NCBI GenBank assembly: GCA_033813415.1
Contig: JAPXRV010000002.1
Coordinates: forward strand, 23,432-87,431
Length of the DNA: 64,000 nucleotides
Direction of reading: 5' to 3'
Source of the DNA: Opitutales bacterium
GTDB taxonomy: Bacteria; Verrucomicrobiota; Verrucomicrobiia; Opitutales; JAFGAQ01
The position numbers and the translations under genes were made by a program. The notes under the pieces were generated by a model. That model searched no databases, was not told the DNA's origin, and was given only the letters and a program-made list of their open reading frames with translations. Within the stretch, counting starts at the first letter, position 1. The number at the start of each line of letters is the position of its first letter. This document shows, in pieces, positions 9,120 through 19,955 of the stretch.

Positions 9120-10667
9120 TCAGTGTTTGAAGTGGCGGTAGCCGGTGAAGACCATCGCCATGCCACGCTCGTTGGCGGCTTGAATGACCTGGTCGTCACG
9201 AACAGACCCGCCGGTCTGGATGCAGGTGGTGGCTCCGGCATCCGCTGCTGCGATGAGCCCATCCGGGAAAGGAATCAGTGCATCGGAAATCATCGCCGAA
9301 CCCCCCAGGTCGAGACCTGCTTCTCCCGCCTTCCACACGGCGACTTTTGAGGAATCGACGCGGGACATTTGTCCGGCTCCAACCCCTAGGGTGCGGGTGC
9401 CTTTGGTGTAGACAATGGCGTTGGATTTGACGTGTTTGACCACCTTCCATCCGAAGAGCATGGAATCCCATTCTTCCTGGGTGGGCTGGCGTTCCGTGAC
9501 GACGCGGAACCCCTCCTTTCCGTATCGGCGGGTGTCGGCTTCCTGCACGAGGAAGCCACCGGCCACTGAGCGGATGTCGAGCAGGCTTGCGGGGTCCGGG
9601 ATTTGGCGGGCTTCGAGCAAGCGCAGGTCCTTCTTTTTGCCGAATCGATCGAGTGAGTAAGCGTCGAATCCCGGAGCGATGATGATCTCGCACCAGATTT
9701 GGCGGATGCGCTCACACAGCTCTTCATCGACGGTGCGGTTGACGACGATGATCCCACCGAAGGGGGCCTGTTTGTCGGTTTCGAAGGCGGCATCCCACGC
9801 TGCAGACAAGGACTCTGCACTGGCGACCCCGCAAGGGTTGGTGTGTTTTAAGATCGCAAGAGTGGGATCCTGGAACTCACCAATGAGGTTGGATGCTGCG
9901 GTAACGTCGAGGATATTGCAGAAGCTGAGTTGCTTGCCCTGAAGCTGATGGAATCGATCGTGGAAGTTTCCGTAGAGAGCGGCCTGCTGGTGCGGGTTTT
10001 CGCCGTAGCGCAGGATGTCAGCCCGTTTCCCGGAAATGGAGAAAACCTCAGGGAGTCCGGCGATTGCGCCGGGTGCGGGTTGCTCGGCAGTGGATGCGAA
10101 GTAGTCGGCGATGATCCGGTCGTAACGTGCGGTGTGGTCAAATACCTTGGCGGCAAATTCCCGGCGCAGGTAGCGCAGGTCGGCGCCGTTGCCGAGTGCC
10201 TCGACCAGCCGATCATAGTCCGCCGGATCCGTGATGACCGAAACATGGCGGTGGTTCTTGGCTGCGCCCCTGAGGAGTGAGGGGCCTCCGATGTCGATGT
10301 TTTCGATGGCTTCCTTGTCGGTGACGCCTGGTTTTGCGATGGTCTGCTCAAACGGGTAAAGATTGACGACGATAACGTCGATCAGGGCGATACCGGCTTT
10401 TGCGGCGGATTCCACGTGGGAGGCGATGTCCCGGTCGCAGAGGATGCCGCCATGAATCTTCGGATGAAGGGTTTTGAGGCGGCCATCCATCATTTCCGGA
10501 AAACCGGTGTGGGACTCAACAAGGGTGACAGGCACCCCTGATTCCTGAAGGAATCGGGCCGTTCCTCCTGTTGAGAGGATGGTGTATCCGAAGCGTTCCA
10601 CCAAAGCTTTGGCAAAGGGCAGAACGCCGGTTTTGTCACTGACGGAAATGATTGCGTATTTATCCAT
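9120..10667 (-). CDS. purH: bifunctional AICAR transformylase / IMP cyclohydrolase
   Basis: 515 aa. The N-terminus is MGS-like ([21 protein letters not shown]). The AICARFT body is present, and the conserved C-terminus reads [14 protein letters not shown]. Confidence 0.95.
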   Translation of the reverse strand: MDKYAIISVSDKTGVLPFAKALVERFGYTILSTGGTARFLQESGVPVTLVESHTGFPEMMDGRLKTLHPKIHGGILCDRDIASHVESAAKAGIALIDVIVVNLYPFEQTIAKPGVTDKEAIENIDIGGPSLLRGAAKNHRHVSVITDPADYDRLVEALGNGADLRYLRREFAAKVFDHTARYDRIIADYFASTAEQPAPGAIAGLPEVFSISGKRADILRYGENPHQQAALYGNFHDRFHQLQGKQLSFCNILDVTAASNLIGEFQDPTLAILKHTNPCGVASAESLSAAWDAAFETDKQAPFGGIIVVNRTVDEELCERIRQIWCEIIIAPGFDAYSLDRFGKKKDLRLLEARQIPDPASLLDIRSVAGGFLVQEADTRRYGKEGFRVVTERQPTQEEWDSMLFGWKVVKHVKSNAIVYTKGTRTLGVGAGQMSRVDSSKVAVWKAGEAGLDLGGSAMISDALIPFPDGLIAAADAGATTCIQTGGSVRDDQVIQAANERGMAMVFTGYRHFKH

Positions 10668-10834
10668 GAATCTAACTCCAAAAACCGATCCCTAATCTAA
10701 ACTGGAAAGCTTGGCAAAGAAAGAAAAGCGGATCAAAAAAAATGAAATCGTGTGGGGTGTGTGGTGAGAGTGTTTGCGGAAGTGTGGTTCGGAGTTGCAC
10801 TTTGCCTGCAAGTGTCTTCATCTGGGGAAACGTT

Positions 10835-12031
10835 ATGAACAAGTGTTCCGAGCAATTGGAAGAGCTGATCCGGAAGGTTCAGCCCGAAGTAGTGAGCCTG
10901 CGTCATCGCATTCACGAAGAGCCGGAGCTCTGCTATCAGGAAAAGGAGACCGCGGGAAAGGTGGTCGGGTTTCTGAAGAATGTGCCTGGTGTTGACATCC
11001 GGACGGGTGTGGCCGGCACGGGTGTTGTGGCTGTGCTTGGGCGGGGCAAGCCCGGGCGTTGTGTGGCATTGCGGGCCGACATGGATGCGCTTCCGATCGA
11101 GGAAAAGACCGGCTGTGCTTATGCCTCGAAAAAGCCCGGGTTGATGCATGCATGTGGTCACGATGGCCATACCGCGATTCTGGCGGGGACGGTGAAAGTG
11201 CTGAGTGGTCTGCAAGATAGTCTTAAAGGCCCCGTGAAGTTCATTTTTCAACCGGCTGAGGAAGGCGGCGGAGGCGGCCGCCGGATGGTGGAGGAGGGAG
11301 TCTTGAACGATCCGGATGTGCATGCGATTTATGCCTTGCACGGTTGGCCGGATGTCGAGATTGGAAATGTGGGTTATGGGTATGGCGGAATCATGGCCAG
11401 CACGGATTCATTCACCATTCGGGTGAAAGGGCACGGAGGGCATGCTGCGATTCCGCAGAAGGTGGTGGACCCGGTTGTGATTGCCGCTCATTTGATCGTG
11501 GCATTGCAGACGGTTGTATCCCGCAACACCGATCCGGTGGAGAGTTCGGTGCTCTCGATCTGTAAGCTTGAAGGTGGTTCGGCTTTCAACGTGATTCCGA
11601 ATGAAGTGTCGATGCTGGGAACGCTGCGCACACTCAACGAGACGGTGCGTCAACGGTGTCTGTCGCGGATGCACACGATCATTCAGCATGTTGCGGAAGC
11701 GTTTGGTGGTTCTGCGGAGTTGATTTACCGCGAGGAGTGTTATCCGGTCTGCCACAACACCGATGCTGAGGTTGATTTCTTCAAGGAGGTGATGTCGCAG
11801 TGGATTGGTGTTGATCAGATGGTGAAGATGCCGCCCAGCATGGGAGGCGAGGATTTTGCCTTCTACACCCACCATGTGCCTGCTATGTTTTGGATGCTGG
11901 GTGTGAAAGGCCGGGGCGCGGACAAGTGGCCTCAGTTGCATCAGCCTGACTACAACTTCAATGATGACGCGATTCCGTACGGGATTCGTGGGCATTGCGA
12001 GATGGTGCTCGCCTTCCAGGATCGGCAATAG
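10835..12031 (+). CDS. M20 family amidohydrolase (N-acyl-amino-acid/hippurate hydrolase-like)
   Basis: Motifs MHACGHDGH and FQPAEEGGGG are present and the overall length is typical of the family. The track ORF starts at 10742. I prefer the ATG at 10835 (MNKCSEQLEELIRK) because the upstream extension is a Cys/Val-rich read-through of a GT-rich leader. Confidence 0.85.
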   Translation: MNKCSEQLEELIRKVQPEVVSLRHRIHEEPELCYQEKETAGKVVGFLKNVPGVDIRTGVAGTGVVAVLGRGKPGRCVALRADMDALPIEEKTGCAYASKKPGLMHACGHDGHTAILAGTVKVLSGLQDSLKGPVKFIFQPAEEGGGGGRRMVEEGVLNDPDVHAIYALHGWPDVEIGNVGYGYGGIMASTDSFTIRVKGHGGHAAIPQKVVDPVVIAAHLIVALQTVVSRNTDPVESSVLSICKLEGGSAFNVIPNEVSMLGTLRTLNETVRQRCLSRMHTIIQHVAEAFGGSAELIYREECYPVCHNTDAEVDFFKEVMSQWIGVDQMVKMPPSMGGEDFAFYTHHVPAMFWMLGVKGRGADKWPQLHQPDYNFNDDAIPYGIRGHCEMVLAFQDRQ

Positions 12032-12236
12032 CTGCTGAGACTGCTTTGGGTGAGACGACAGGTTGTGGTAAGTGACCTTCTGGTGCGGGTTTGTTGTCAT
12101 TCTTTCTGTTTAGGTCAATCGGGTTTTTGAAAGTGATGTTCGGAGGGGTCTCCGGATAATCTCCGGGCTGCCTTTGTCCAGGTTTGTAAATTGCATTGCC
12201 TGAACTGTGCCCGCGTATGAATGTGGGAGCTTCGAT

Positions 12237-15215
12237 ATGAGCAGGAGGACAGAGCTGACGGTTGATGCGAAGGAATGGGAAAAGTTGGGATCGCAACTCG
12301 CGGGTGAGTTGGCTCTGGACGACGGTTCCCGGCTGAACTATGCGACGGATGCATCCGTTTACCGGATGTGGCCGTTGGCGGTGGTGTTTCCGAAAGGAGC
12401 GAATGATTGGCGGCATTTGCTCGATTTCGCCCGATGCCACAGCTTGTCGCTGATTCCGCGTGCTGCGGGAACCTCGCTCGCGGGTCAGGTGGTCGGTGCG
12501 GGAATCGTGGTGGATGCCGGCCGCCACAACAACCGGATTCTGGAGGTGAATGAAGCCGGGCGTTGGGTAAGAGTCGAGCCGGGTGTGGTGCGGGATGAAC
12601 TGAACTTGCACCTCAAGCGCTACGGACTGATGTTCGCCCCGGAGACGGCTACCTCAAACCGCTGCATGATCGGCGGTATGATCGGCAACAATTCCTGCGG
12701 GTCGCGTTCAGTGGTTTTCGGGACGACGCGCGATCATGTGTTGGAGGTTAAGGCAATGCTGAGTGACGGAAGCATCACGGTTTTTGGTCCGCTCACTGAG
12801 GATGCCTACGCTGGAAAACTGAGGCAGCCGGGATTGGAAGGCGACCTGTATCGATACATTGATGGATGGCTCCGTGATCCGGAATCGTCTGCCCTTATCC
12901 GAAAAGAGTTTCCCCGTAGAGAAATCAGGCGCCGCAACACGGGCTACGCGGTGGATGTGTTGATGGGTATGCAGCCGTTTGATCCCGAGGGTGAACCTTT
13001 CAACATGGCCAAGTTGTTGTGTGGTTCGGAAGGAACTCTCGCGATCACGTTGGAGGCGAAGCTCAATCTGGTGCCGGTTTTGCCGCCTGTGCAGGCAGTG
13101 GTTCCAGTTCACCTGAACTCGGTGGATGAAGCGATGCTGGCCAATCTGATTGCACTGCGTCTTGGGCCGACTGCTGTGGAGCTCATCGACAGAAATATCC
13201 TCCGGTGCACGGCCGACAATCCTGAGCAAAGCCGCAACCGCAGCTTTGTACAGGGTGATCCGGGTGCATTGCTCGCAGTGGAATTCTGTTGTGCGGATGA
13301 GGACGAGCTTAAGAACAAGGTAAAAGCTCTTGAGGAAGCGTTGAGAAAAGAGGGCTTTGGATACGCCTTCCCGACGCTCCGCGGTCCAGGGATGAAAGCG
13401 GTATGGGACCTGCGTCAGGCCGGACTCGGGCTGCTCTCCAATATGCCGGGTGATCCAAAGCCGGTGGCCTGCATCGAAGATACGTGCGTTCACGTGACGG
13501 ATCAACCTGCCTACATTGCAGGGGTTAGGGAGATCCTTGATCGGCTTGGACTCGACTGTGTGTTCTATGCTCACATAGGCGATGGAGAAATCCATTTGCG
13601 GCCGGTGTTGGATCTGAAGTCGGGTAGGGATCGACAGCTTTTCCGGCAGGTGACCGCTGAGGTGGCGGCCCTGGTGAAACGGTTCCGTGGTTCTCTGAGT
13701 GGTGAACATGGAGATGGACGGGTTCGCGGCGAGTGGTTGCGTCTGATGGTAGGTGGAGAGATTTATGAGCGTTTGGTCCGTCTGAAGCGGGTCTGGGATC
13801 CACAAGGGCTCTTGAATCCGGGCAAGATAGTCGAAGTGCCCCCGATGGACACGGATTTGAGGTACGAGAACGGTCAGGAAACCCGGAGTATCGACACCGT
13901 GTTTGATTTCTCATCCACCCAGGGTCTTCTCCGGATGGCTGAGAAATGCAACGGCACCGCGGTGTGTCGCAAGTCCCATTTGATGGGTGGTACCATGTGT
14001 CCGAGTTACATGGCCACACGGGACGAGTCGAACACCACACGGGCCCGGGCAAATCAGTTGAGGGAGTGGCTGACCCGATCAGACAAGGCAAATCCTTTTG
14101 ATCAGGAGGAGCTCAAGGCCGTAATGGATCTTTGCTTGTCCTGCAAAGCCTGTCGGAGTGAATGCCCGTCCAATGTCGACATGGCGCGCATGAAAGCGGA
14201 ATTCCTGCAGCACTACTATGATGCCAATGGTGTTCCGTTTCGCGCTTGGGTGTTTGCCCACTACGCGCGGATTCAATCCATGTTGGGATCGATTTCGCCA
14301 TCCTTGGTGAACGGAATGTTGCGCGTGCGATGGATCGCCGGATGCGTCAAACGGATCATTGGCATCGATTCGAGGCGATCCATTCCGGCCCTTGCACGGC
14401 GTCCGTTGCGGCGCTTGATCGCTTCGGGTCTAAGTGGGTTGAATCAGCGGACTTCCGGCGATCGGGAAATCTGGTTGTTTGTGGATGAGTTCACGCAATG
14501 GCAGGATGCCCAGGTCGGATGGGCCGCAATTGAGGTGCTGACGGCTCTGGACTATCGGGTCAAGGTGATGCCTCATCCTGAAAGCGCACGCGCAATGATC
14601 AGCAAGGGATTATTGAGAAAGGCCCGCGCGGTTGCGAGAAAACAGGTGTCGCTTTGGGCGGACCGGGTCAGCGGAGAGTCTCCCCTGGTTGGCATTGAGC
14701 CATCTTCCATTCTCGGTTTCCGCGACGAGTTCCCCGATTTGGTTGGCGACGATCTCCGGCATGCCGCACTTGGGCTGGCGTCGCACAGTTACACTTTTGA
14801 GGGATTTTTGGCGCGTGAGCTGGACGCTGGCCGCATTGACCGTTCCCGTTTCAAGGATGAAAAGGCAACTGTGGTGGTGCACGGCCATTGTCAGCAGAAG
14901 GCCCTTGAGGGAACAGCGGCGATGGCTAAGGCGTTGAGTTTGCCGCCAGGGTATCAGGTGAAGATGTTGTCAACCGGATGCTGTGGCATGGCCGGATCAT
15001 TTGGTTACGAGAAGGAACACTACGATCTGTCGATGCGGATTGGCGAATTGGTGTTGTTTCCAGAGGTGCGTCGCATGCCCGAAGGTGCGATTTTATGCGC
15101 GGCAGGAACCAGTTGCCGGCATCAGGTGCTCGACGGAACCGGGTGGATTGCGCTTCATCCGGCGGAGATTCTCAGGGATGCTTTGCGAGAAGAGAACAAA
15201 TCCCACGGATCGTGA
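12237..15215 (+). CDS. FAD-linked oxidase fused to Fe-S and cysteine-rich (CCG-like) domains, YdiJ/GlcD-GlcF fusion type
   Basis: About 990 aa. The N-terminus is a GlcD-like FAD-binding domain (RAAGTSLAGQVVG). Central cysteine clusters are present (CNGTAVCRKSHLMGGTMCPSY; CLSCKACRSECP). C-terminal Cys motifs follow (TGCCGMAGSFGYE; AGTSCRHQ). The track start at 12207 is GTG; an ATG lies at 12237. Confidence 0.8.
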   Translation: MSRRTELTVDAKEWEKLGSQLAGELALDDGSRLNYATDASVYRMWPLAVVFPKGANDWRHLLDFARCHSLSLIPRAAGTSLAGQVVGAGIVVDAGRHNNRILEVNEAGRWVRVEPGVVRDELNLHLKRYGLMFAPETATSNRCMIGGMIGNNSCGSRSVVFGTTRDHVLEVKAMLSDGSITVFGPLTEDAYAGKLRQPGLEGDLYRYIDGWLRDPESSALIRKEFPRREIRRRNTGYAVDVLMGMQPFDPEGEPFNMAKLLCGSEGTLAITLEAKLNLVPVLPPVQAVVPVHLNSVDEAMLANLIALRLGPTAVELIDRNILRCTADNPEQSRNRSFVQGDPGALLAVEFCCADEDELKNKVKALEEALRKEGFGYAFPTLRGPGMKAVWDLRQAGLGLLSNMPGDPKPVACIEDTCVHVTDQPAYIAGVREILDRLGLDCVFYAHIGDGEIHLRPVLDLKSGRDRQLFRQVTAEVAALVKRFRGSLSGEHGDGRVRGEWLRLMVGGEIYERLVRLKRVWDPQGLLNPGKIVEVPPMDTDLRYENGQETRSIDTVFDFSSTQGLLRMAEKCNGTAVCRKSHLMGGTMCPSYMATRDESNTTRARANQLREWLTRSDKANPFDQEELKAVMDLCLSCKACRSECPSNVDMARMKAEFLQHYYDANGVPFRAWVFAHYARIQSMLGSISPSLVNGMLRVRWIAGCVKRIIGIDSRRSIPALARRPLRRLIASGLSGLNQRTSGDREIWLFVDEFTQWQDAQVGWAAIEVLTALDYRVKVMPHPESARAMISKGLLRKARAVARKQVSLWADRVSGESPLVGIEPSSILGFRDEFPDLVGDDLRHAALGLASHSYTFEGFLARELDAGRIDRSRFKDEKATVVVHGHCQQKALEGTAAMAKALSLPPGYQVKMLSTGCCGMAGSFGYEKEHYDLSMRIGELVLFPEVRRMPEGAILCAAGTSCRHQVLDGTGWIALHPAEILRDALREENKSHGS

Positions 15216-16998
15216 ATTCCGTTCCTTTGCCTACCTTGCTCTCAAATGAAACCGATCCGTCCATGATTTGGATCTGACGGCGGATCAGATTCAGTCCAAG
15301 ACCGGTTCCCTTGTGAAGGGAAACAAAGTGGCTCTCTCCATGGAAAAACGGGTCGAAAACCTTGCTTTGGTCCGCTTCGGGAATGCCGATTCCCGTATCC
15401 CTGACGAATAACTCGACATCGGTTTCGCAGCAGCGGCATCCCACGGTCACCGATCCATTTTCGGTGAACTTGAATGCGTTATCGATGAGTTCCTTGAGGA
15501 TAAAGACTGTCTTTTCTCGGTCGGTGAATACCTCTTTGCATTGAACTGTTGGGTCGATTTCCACAATGAGCTGGACCGGATTCTCAGGAGAGGGACGGGT
15601 CTGCGATCCTTTCCATGCGGCCTGAATTGCATCCTGAATGATCCCATCAATTGAGGCAGGATGGATCGTTACAGCATCTGAGACGGCCTCGACCTGGGCA
15701 ACTTTGATAATGTCGTCCATCAGACCAGTCAGGATTTCGCTGTTTTCTACAATCATATCCCGGTAGGTTTTCCACTCAGGGCCCATCTCCGTTTCGCTCG
15801 CAATGACTTCGGCAAGTCCTGAGATGGCATTCAGCGGGGTGCGGATTTCATGACTGATATTGGCCAAAAAGGCAGATTTGAGGCGTTCGCTTTCTTCCGC
15901 TTTTGTCCTCGCTGCAACCAACTGCATTTCAAGTTGCTTGCGGGAGGTCCAATCGCGGACCACCAGGTATTCCTCGCCCGTTTCCGGATTGCGGCTGAGG
16001 CGTCGGATAAGGTAACGCAGATTCCCTGCCGGCGTCCGGTGCCATGCTCCGGTTACGAGGTTCTCGTGAGTGTCGTTATCCTCGAATACTTCCCCATCTT
16101 TCTTCGCGATGAAGTCGGATATCTCCTGATGGGGCGATTGTTCGTTGTATGTTGCCGGATCGTATGGTGTCCCGAGTAGATCGCAGATGCGCTGGTTGCA
16201 GAACACCGGGGTGCCATTCTGGAGAACGGCGAGTCCGTGGGATACATGCTCAGCCATGTTCTGTAGCCGTGTTTCACTCTCTTGCGCAATTCGCAGGTTA
16301 CGGAGACTCCGACTGATTGCGAAGATGATCAGGATTGTGATGAAAACGGTGGCGATTCCCATCCAGCGAAGAAAATTCCGGGTGAGCACTTCGATTTCTG
16401 AAGCGGTTTCGACGTGGTAGAATCCGGATCCGATGATCCAACCCCAAGGCTCGAAGATCTTGAGAAATGAAGTCTTCAGATCTTCCCGGGTAGGATCGTC
16501 ATTGTGTTGCCAGTAGTAAGTGAGAAATGCCTCGCCGGTAGAAGATCCCATAATCTTCCGGTTCATTTCGGACAAGACCCTCACTCCGGTTTTGTCCACG
16601 TATGTCGATAGGTCGATGGTCTCGTGGTAAGGGTGTGAGACAATCACCGAATTCAGGTCGTGAACCCAGAAATAGTCTTTCATGTCGGGACCGAATCTCA
16701 TTGTCCGGATCCTGCGCAGAAACCTCCCTTTGGCCTGTTCCTCCGAGATCTCGCCCGTCACGCTTTGCTGGTGCAGTTCATTCGCGATCGACCATGCGCT
16801 GCGAACGAGGTCGATGTGGGTGCTCTCACGTTGGTTGAATAGGATCCGGTTGACTGCCGGAATGAACCACAAACCGCCCATGCCAATGATTAGCACGAGC
16901 ATCAGCATCATCGGGAGAAGTGAATAGAAGATCTGTTTGCGACGTGAATACCGGCGCTTTGTAAGTTGAACTGGTCTGGACGGTGCCTCACCCATCAT
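15172..16998 (-). CDS. Cache-domain sensor histidine kinase (Cache-TM-PAS-HisKA-HATPase)
   Basis: 608 aa. The periplasmic Cache-like region contains YFWVHDLNSVIVSHPYH. The H-box is FLANISHEIRTPLNAISG, and ATPase G boxes are present (DTGIGIP, GTGLGLNLI). The 3' end overlaps the convergent oxidase gene by 44 nt. Confidence 0.85.
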   Translation of the reverse strand: MMGEAPSRPVQLTKRRYSRRKQIFYSLLPMMLMLVLIIGMGGLWFIPAVNRILFNQRESTHIDLVRSAWSIANELHQQSVTGEISEEQAKGRFLRRIRTMRFGPDMKDYFWVHDLNSVIVSHPYHETIDLSTYVDKTGVRVLSEMNRKIMGSSTGEAFLTYYWQHNDDPTREDLKTSFLKIFEPWGWIIGSGFYHVETASEIEVLTRNFLRWMGIATVFITILIIFAISRSLRNLRIAQESETRLQNMAEHVSHGLAVLQNGTPVFCNQRICDLLGTPYDPATYNEQSPHQEISDFIAKKDGEVFEDNDTHENLVTGAWHRTPAGNLRYLIRRLSRNPETGEEYLVVRDWTSRKQLEMQLVAARTKAEESERLKSAFLANISHEIRTPLNAISGLAEVIASETEMGPEWKTYRDMIVENSEILTGLMDDIIKVAQVEAVSDAVTIHPASIDGIIQDAIQAAWKGSQTRPSPENPVQLIVEIDPTVQCKEVFTDREKTVFILKELIDNAFKFTENGSVTVGCRCCETDVELFVRDTGIGIPEADQSKVFDPFFHGESHFVSLHKGTGLGLNLIRRQIQIMDGSVSFESKVGKGTEFTIRGICSLLAKHP

Positions 16999-17098
16999 CC
17001 GTCGCAGGTTTGCAGAGTATCAGGGCATTCCCTTTTCATGAGCTCAATGGTCTTGGTTTCATTGTGGGGCAAAACGGAGTTATCCAACCCGGGACTCC

Positions 17099-17923
17099 CT
17101 ATTTCGAGGAATCGATTGGCTCAAAGATGAGCTTAACTCCCTTGTTCATGGTCCATGCCTGGAAGAGACCAAAAAGAACGATGAGGATTCCGAGGAACCC
17201 CATGAAAAACGGGGATATCAGGGCGAAGCCGATCAGCATGACGAGTCCGAGCGCGACTGTACCGGCGCCGGCTTCGAATGGTTCCGTTGCGTCCGCTGCT
17301 GTGACATCAGCTGTATTTGCGTCAGAGGCGACAACAGTGAAAGTTTCTTCCCCTCGTCCGGGTTCGATGGTCTCCTCTTCCGGAAATGCGTCTTCCGCGG
17401 AATAGGCAGTGGCATTGGGCTCGTCCAAATATCCATCTTCTTGCGATGTCATGACCAAGAGAGGCACATTCGGAAGCGCAAGTGCAAGATAGGTGAGGAG
17501 CACCGCAAGCGTCTGGTATGGCCAGCCGCCCCTTCGTTCAGAACCGTGCCTGACTGCTGCTCCGACCAGCCACCCGATCCCGATTGCAATGATTGCGTAT
17601 TGATAACCGGTTTTCCATGTGACGAGAAAATACACGGTTGCTCCGATTAATGCCGCAAGCGCACCAAGAATGCTGGCTTTGATGAACCTTTTGCTTTTCG
17701 AGCCTTGAAGAAAGGCCTGTTCAATCGTGACCTTGCATTCCGTACAGACCTTTTCACTGCCCATGGCAAAGTGGGGGCCGGATATTTCTTGTCCACATTG
17801 AAAACAAGTGGGCAATGACACGCTGGCTTGATCCTCTGAACTCACGCGTTCCGGGATGTTGGTTCCCAATTGCGAAGAGGGAGTCGTGTTTTCAGAATCC
17901 TTGTTTTTAAGGGAGAGAGCCAT
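17099..17923 (-). CDS. membrane protein with N-terminal zinc-ribbon, unknown function
   Basis: 274 aa. A CxxC...CxxC ribbon is present (CFQCGQEISGPHFAMGSEKVCTECK). There are several hydrophobic helices and an acidic insert (EDAFPEEETIEPGRGEETF). Confidence 0.5.
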   Translation of the reverse strand: MALSLKNKDSENTTPSSQLGTNIPERVSSEDQASVSLPTCFQCGQEISGPHFAMGSEKVCTECKVTIEQAFLQGSKSKRFIKASILGALAALIGATVYFLVTWKTGYQYAIIAIGIGWLVGAAVRHGSERRGGWPYQTLAVLLTYLALALPNVPLLVMTSQEDGYLDEPNATAYSAEDAFPEEETIEPGRGEETFTVVASDANTADVTAADATEPFEAGAGTVALGLVMLIGFALISPFFMGFLGILIVLFGLFQAWTMNKGVKLIFEPIDSSK

Positions 17924-18572
17924 GGCGGGGTTGGATTAGGGGTATCAACAGCTGGTTCACGAAAGACAACACATGGAATTAGTACAAAACCTGGAGGACT
18001 TGCGAGTTAAAACACACAAGCCAACCGTTTCGGAGATCGGAAATCCGGGTTCAGACGGAGCTTGTTTGTTGGCAGTGGTGAGATACTTCCGAAATAAAAC
18101 GGCGGGCGTTGAGCAAGCGGAGAGCGCGGGCAGCAGCGTTGTTTCGGACATCAGGGGTATGCTGCGTGTGTTTTGCCGAAACGGAAACCCGAACGGCCAA
18201 CAATTCCTATTTGAGGCGAGGGAGCCGGATGGTGGTGAACACAAAAGCTAATCCGACAAGCATCTCTAGAATTTTCATATCGACCAAAGAATGACGTACT
18301 ATCGGCGATTAGGTGAAAACATTGTCAAATTAAACGGGTTTTCAGGCGCAAATGCAAGTGAAATCCAGGGGCGCACTCAAAGGGAATAATTGAAGCCAAT
18401 CTCGCCAAATCTTGGTCAATTCGGTGTGACATTCATTTTTCCGAGACCCGTGATATGGAATATATCAATCTGTAAGAAGTTCTATATTAGACAAATACGA
18501 AATATGTGTAATGATTGTTCGGATGATTGGCATGAGGAATGCAAATGGAGAAAATACCAATCAATCAATACT

Positions 18573-18950
18573 ATGAACACAACACTCGTATTACTAGGTC
18601 AGCTCTTGAGTATGTCATTTGGAGCTTCTGTTGAAGCGGATTCCCTTGTCCGGATTCCGGTCGAACCACTGCACATTGCAGTCAGTCCTCTTGAGGGGGC
18701 ATCGGATGTTTGGGTTGAACACGAAAAGAGCGTTCGCACGATGCTGGCACAGCAGATTTCGGATGTGCTGAATGATGAATCATACCCGTTGATGGGGAGC
18801 GGGGAGAAGAAGATCCGTTTCACTGGAACGGAGCCCGGTCCAGCCATTTGCAAGGAAGCGCCTGAATCGGCATCCAATGCTTCAAACGGGGTTGTTGCCT
18901 CGACGGAGCTCCCATCATCGGGCGCTAAGGATGGTGCGGAGCGTGGCTAA
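18573..18950 (+). CDS. small secreted protein, unknown function
   Basis: The internal ATG at 18573 gives MNTTLVLLGQLLSMSFGASVEADS..., which looks like a signal peptide. The track ORF start at 18390 lies in an AT-rich, non-coding-looking leader. Confidence 0.35.
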   Translation: MNTTLVLLGQLLSMSFGASVEADSLVRIPVEPLHIAVSPLEGASDVWVEHEKSVRTMLAQQISDVLNDESYPLMGSGEKKIRFTGTEPGPAICKEAPESASNASNGVVASTELPSSGAKDGAERG

Positions 18951-19292
18951 CCGAATTCAAGGAGTGTTACCCGAATGTGTTGTGTAAATGCGCGGGAATC
19001 ATGGAGATGCATCACAATTGATGAGGCTGTGCAGGCACTTTTGGCAAGTAACACGATAAAGAAGCAGGCACCTTAATTGACACCAGGTCGTCCGCGACCT
19101 AAAGGTCAATCTATTCGGTTGAAAGAGGATAGGATCATATTTATTTGAGTCTCTGCGCATTCGCGTCGTTTTGATTATCCCGTTTATTCGATGTGACATG
19201 GAGCATTGGGTGCAGTATCGCGAATCCGTTTGACCAAGGGGTAGCCCTTCCATTCGGGTATTGGGGAATGGATGGCCCCAAGCAGAGAAGCG

Positions 19293-19952
19293 TCAGCTGA
19301 TGGAGCGGATGAGGGTAAGAACAGGGCCTTTGCGCTGGGGGAGCTCGCCCTCGTGGATGGATATGGAGTAGCGGTCGGGATCGAGGGATCGGGTCCATGC
19401 CAAGACCGCATCGGATTCGTCCTCGCCTCCTTCATGTCCTCTGTAGGCGAGCACGCTTATAACGCCTCCGGGCGCGAGTAAGGTCAAGCTTTGGCCCAGT
19501 GCCACAAGGGTGCTGTCTTTGCGGGTGATGATGGATTTATCGCCGTGGGGCAGGTATCCGAGGTTGAAGAGGATGGCGTGGATTTGTCCATGTTCTGCCT
19601 GAGGAATCCGGTCGAGCATGTGCGCGTGGCTCTCTTGAAAAAAGGTAACCTGCTTGAGGAGTTTGCGGGTTTTCAGGGCGAAGGTGGTGATGTCGATCGC
19701 GATGGACTGGATGTCGAAACCGTAGACTCTGCCTGTGGCTCCGACTTTTTCGGCCAGGAATGAGGTGTCGGCTCCATTCCCAACGGTTGCATCAATTGCG
19801 AAGTCGCCGGGTTTGAGGTGTTTTGATGCTTCCTGATGGGCGATTTCTACGAGGCGCATGATGGGAATCGGTTTGTGGGGATGATCGGGACGGTGCTTTT
19901 TGAAAGCGGAAGGAACTTTTGCTTTGATGCCGGGCATAAGCCGGTCTCGCAT
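19293..19952 (-). CDS. class I SAM-dependent methyltransferase (YtqB/MnmM-like putative RNA methylase)
   Basis: The SAM-binding region DATVGNGADTSFLAEKVGATGRVYGFDIQ resembles that family. An alternative start is at 19859 (MRLVEIAHQ...). The gene lies directly downstream of ispG on the same strand. Confidence 0.65.
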   Translation of the reverse strand: MRDRLMPGIKAKVPSAFKKHRPDHPHKPIPIMRLVEIAHQEASKHLKPGDFAIDATVGNGADTSFLAEKVGATGRVYGFDIQSIAIDITTFALKTRKLLKQVTFFQESHAHMLDRIPQAEHGQIHAILFNLGYLPHGDKSIITRKDSTLVALGQSLTLLAPGGVISVLAYRGHEGGEDESDAVLAWTRSLDPDRYSISIHEGELPQRKGPVLTLIRSIS

Positions 19953-19955
19953 GAC

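Noticed and set aside
10742-10834. N-terminal extension of the M20 amidohydrolase ORF (MKSCGVCGESVCGSVVRSC...)
   Set aside because: It arises from a GT-rich leader with GTGTGG repeats. The conserved protein start is at the ATG at 10835.
12708-13805. 365-aa ORF antisense to the YdiJ-like oxidase gene
   Set aside because: The sense frame has clear FAD-oxidase motifs. The antisense product has no motifs and a skewed composition, so it is a typical shadow ORF. The same reasoning applies to 10733-11341, 11408-12100 and 11958-12611.
15172-15215. 44-nt convergent overlap between the oxidase and histidine kinase genes
   Set aside because: This is a real overlap of two 3' ends, but such overlaps are common and carry no evident regulatory structure.
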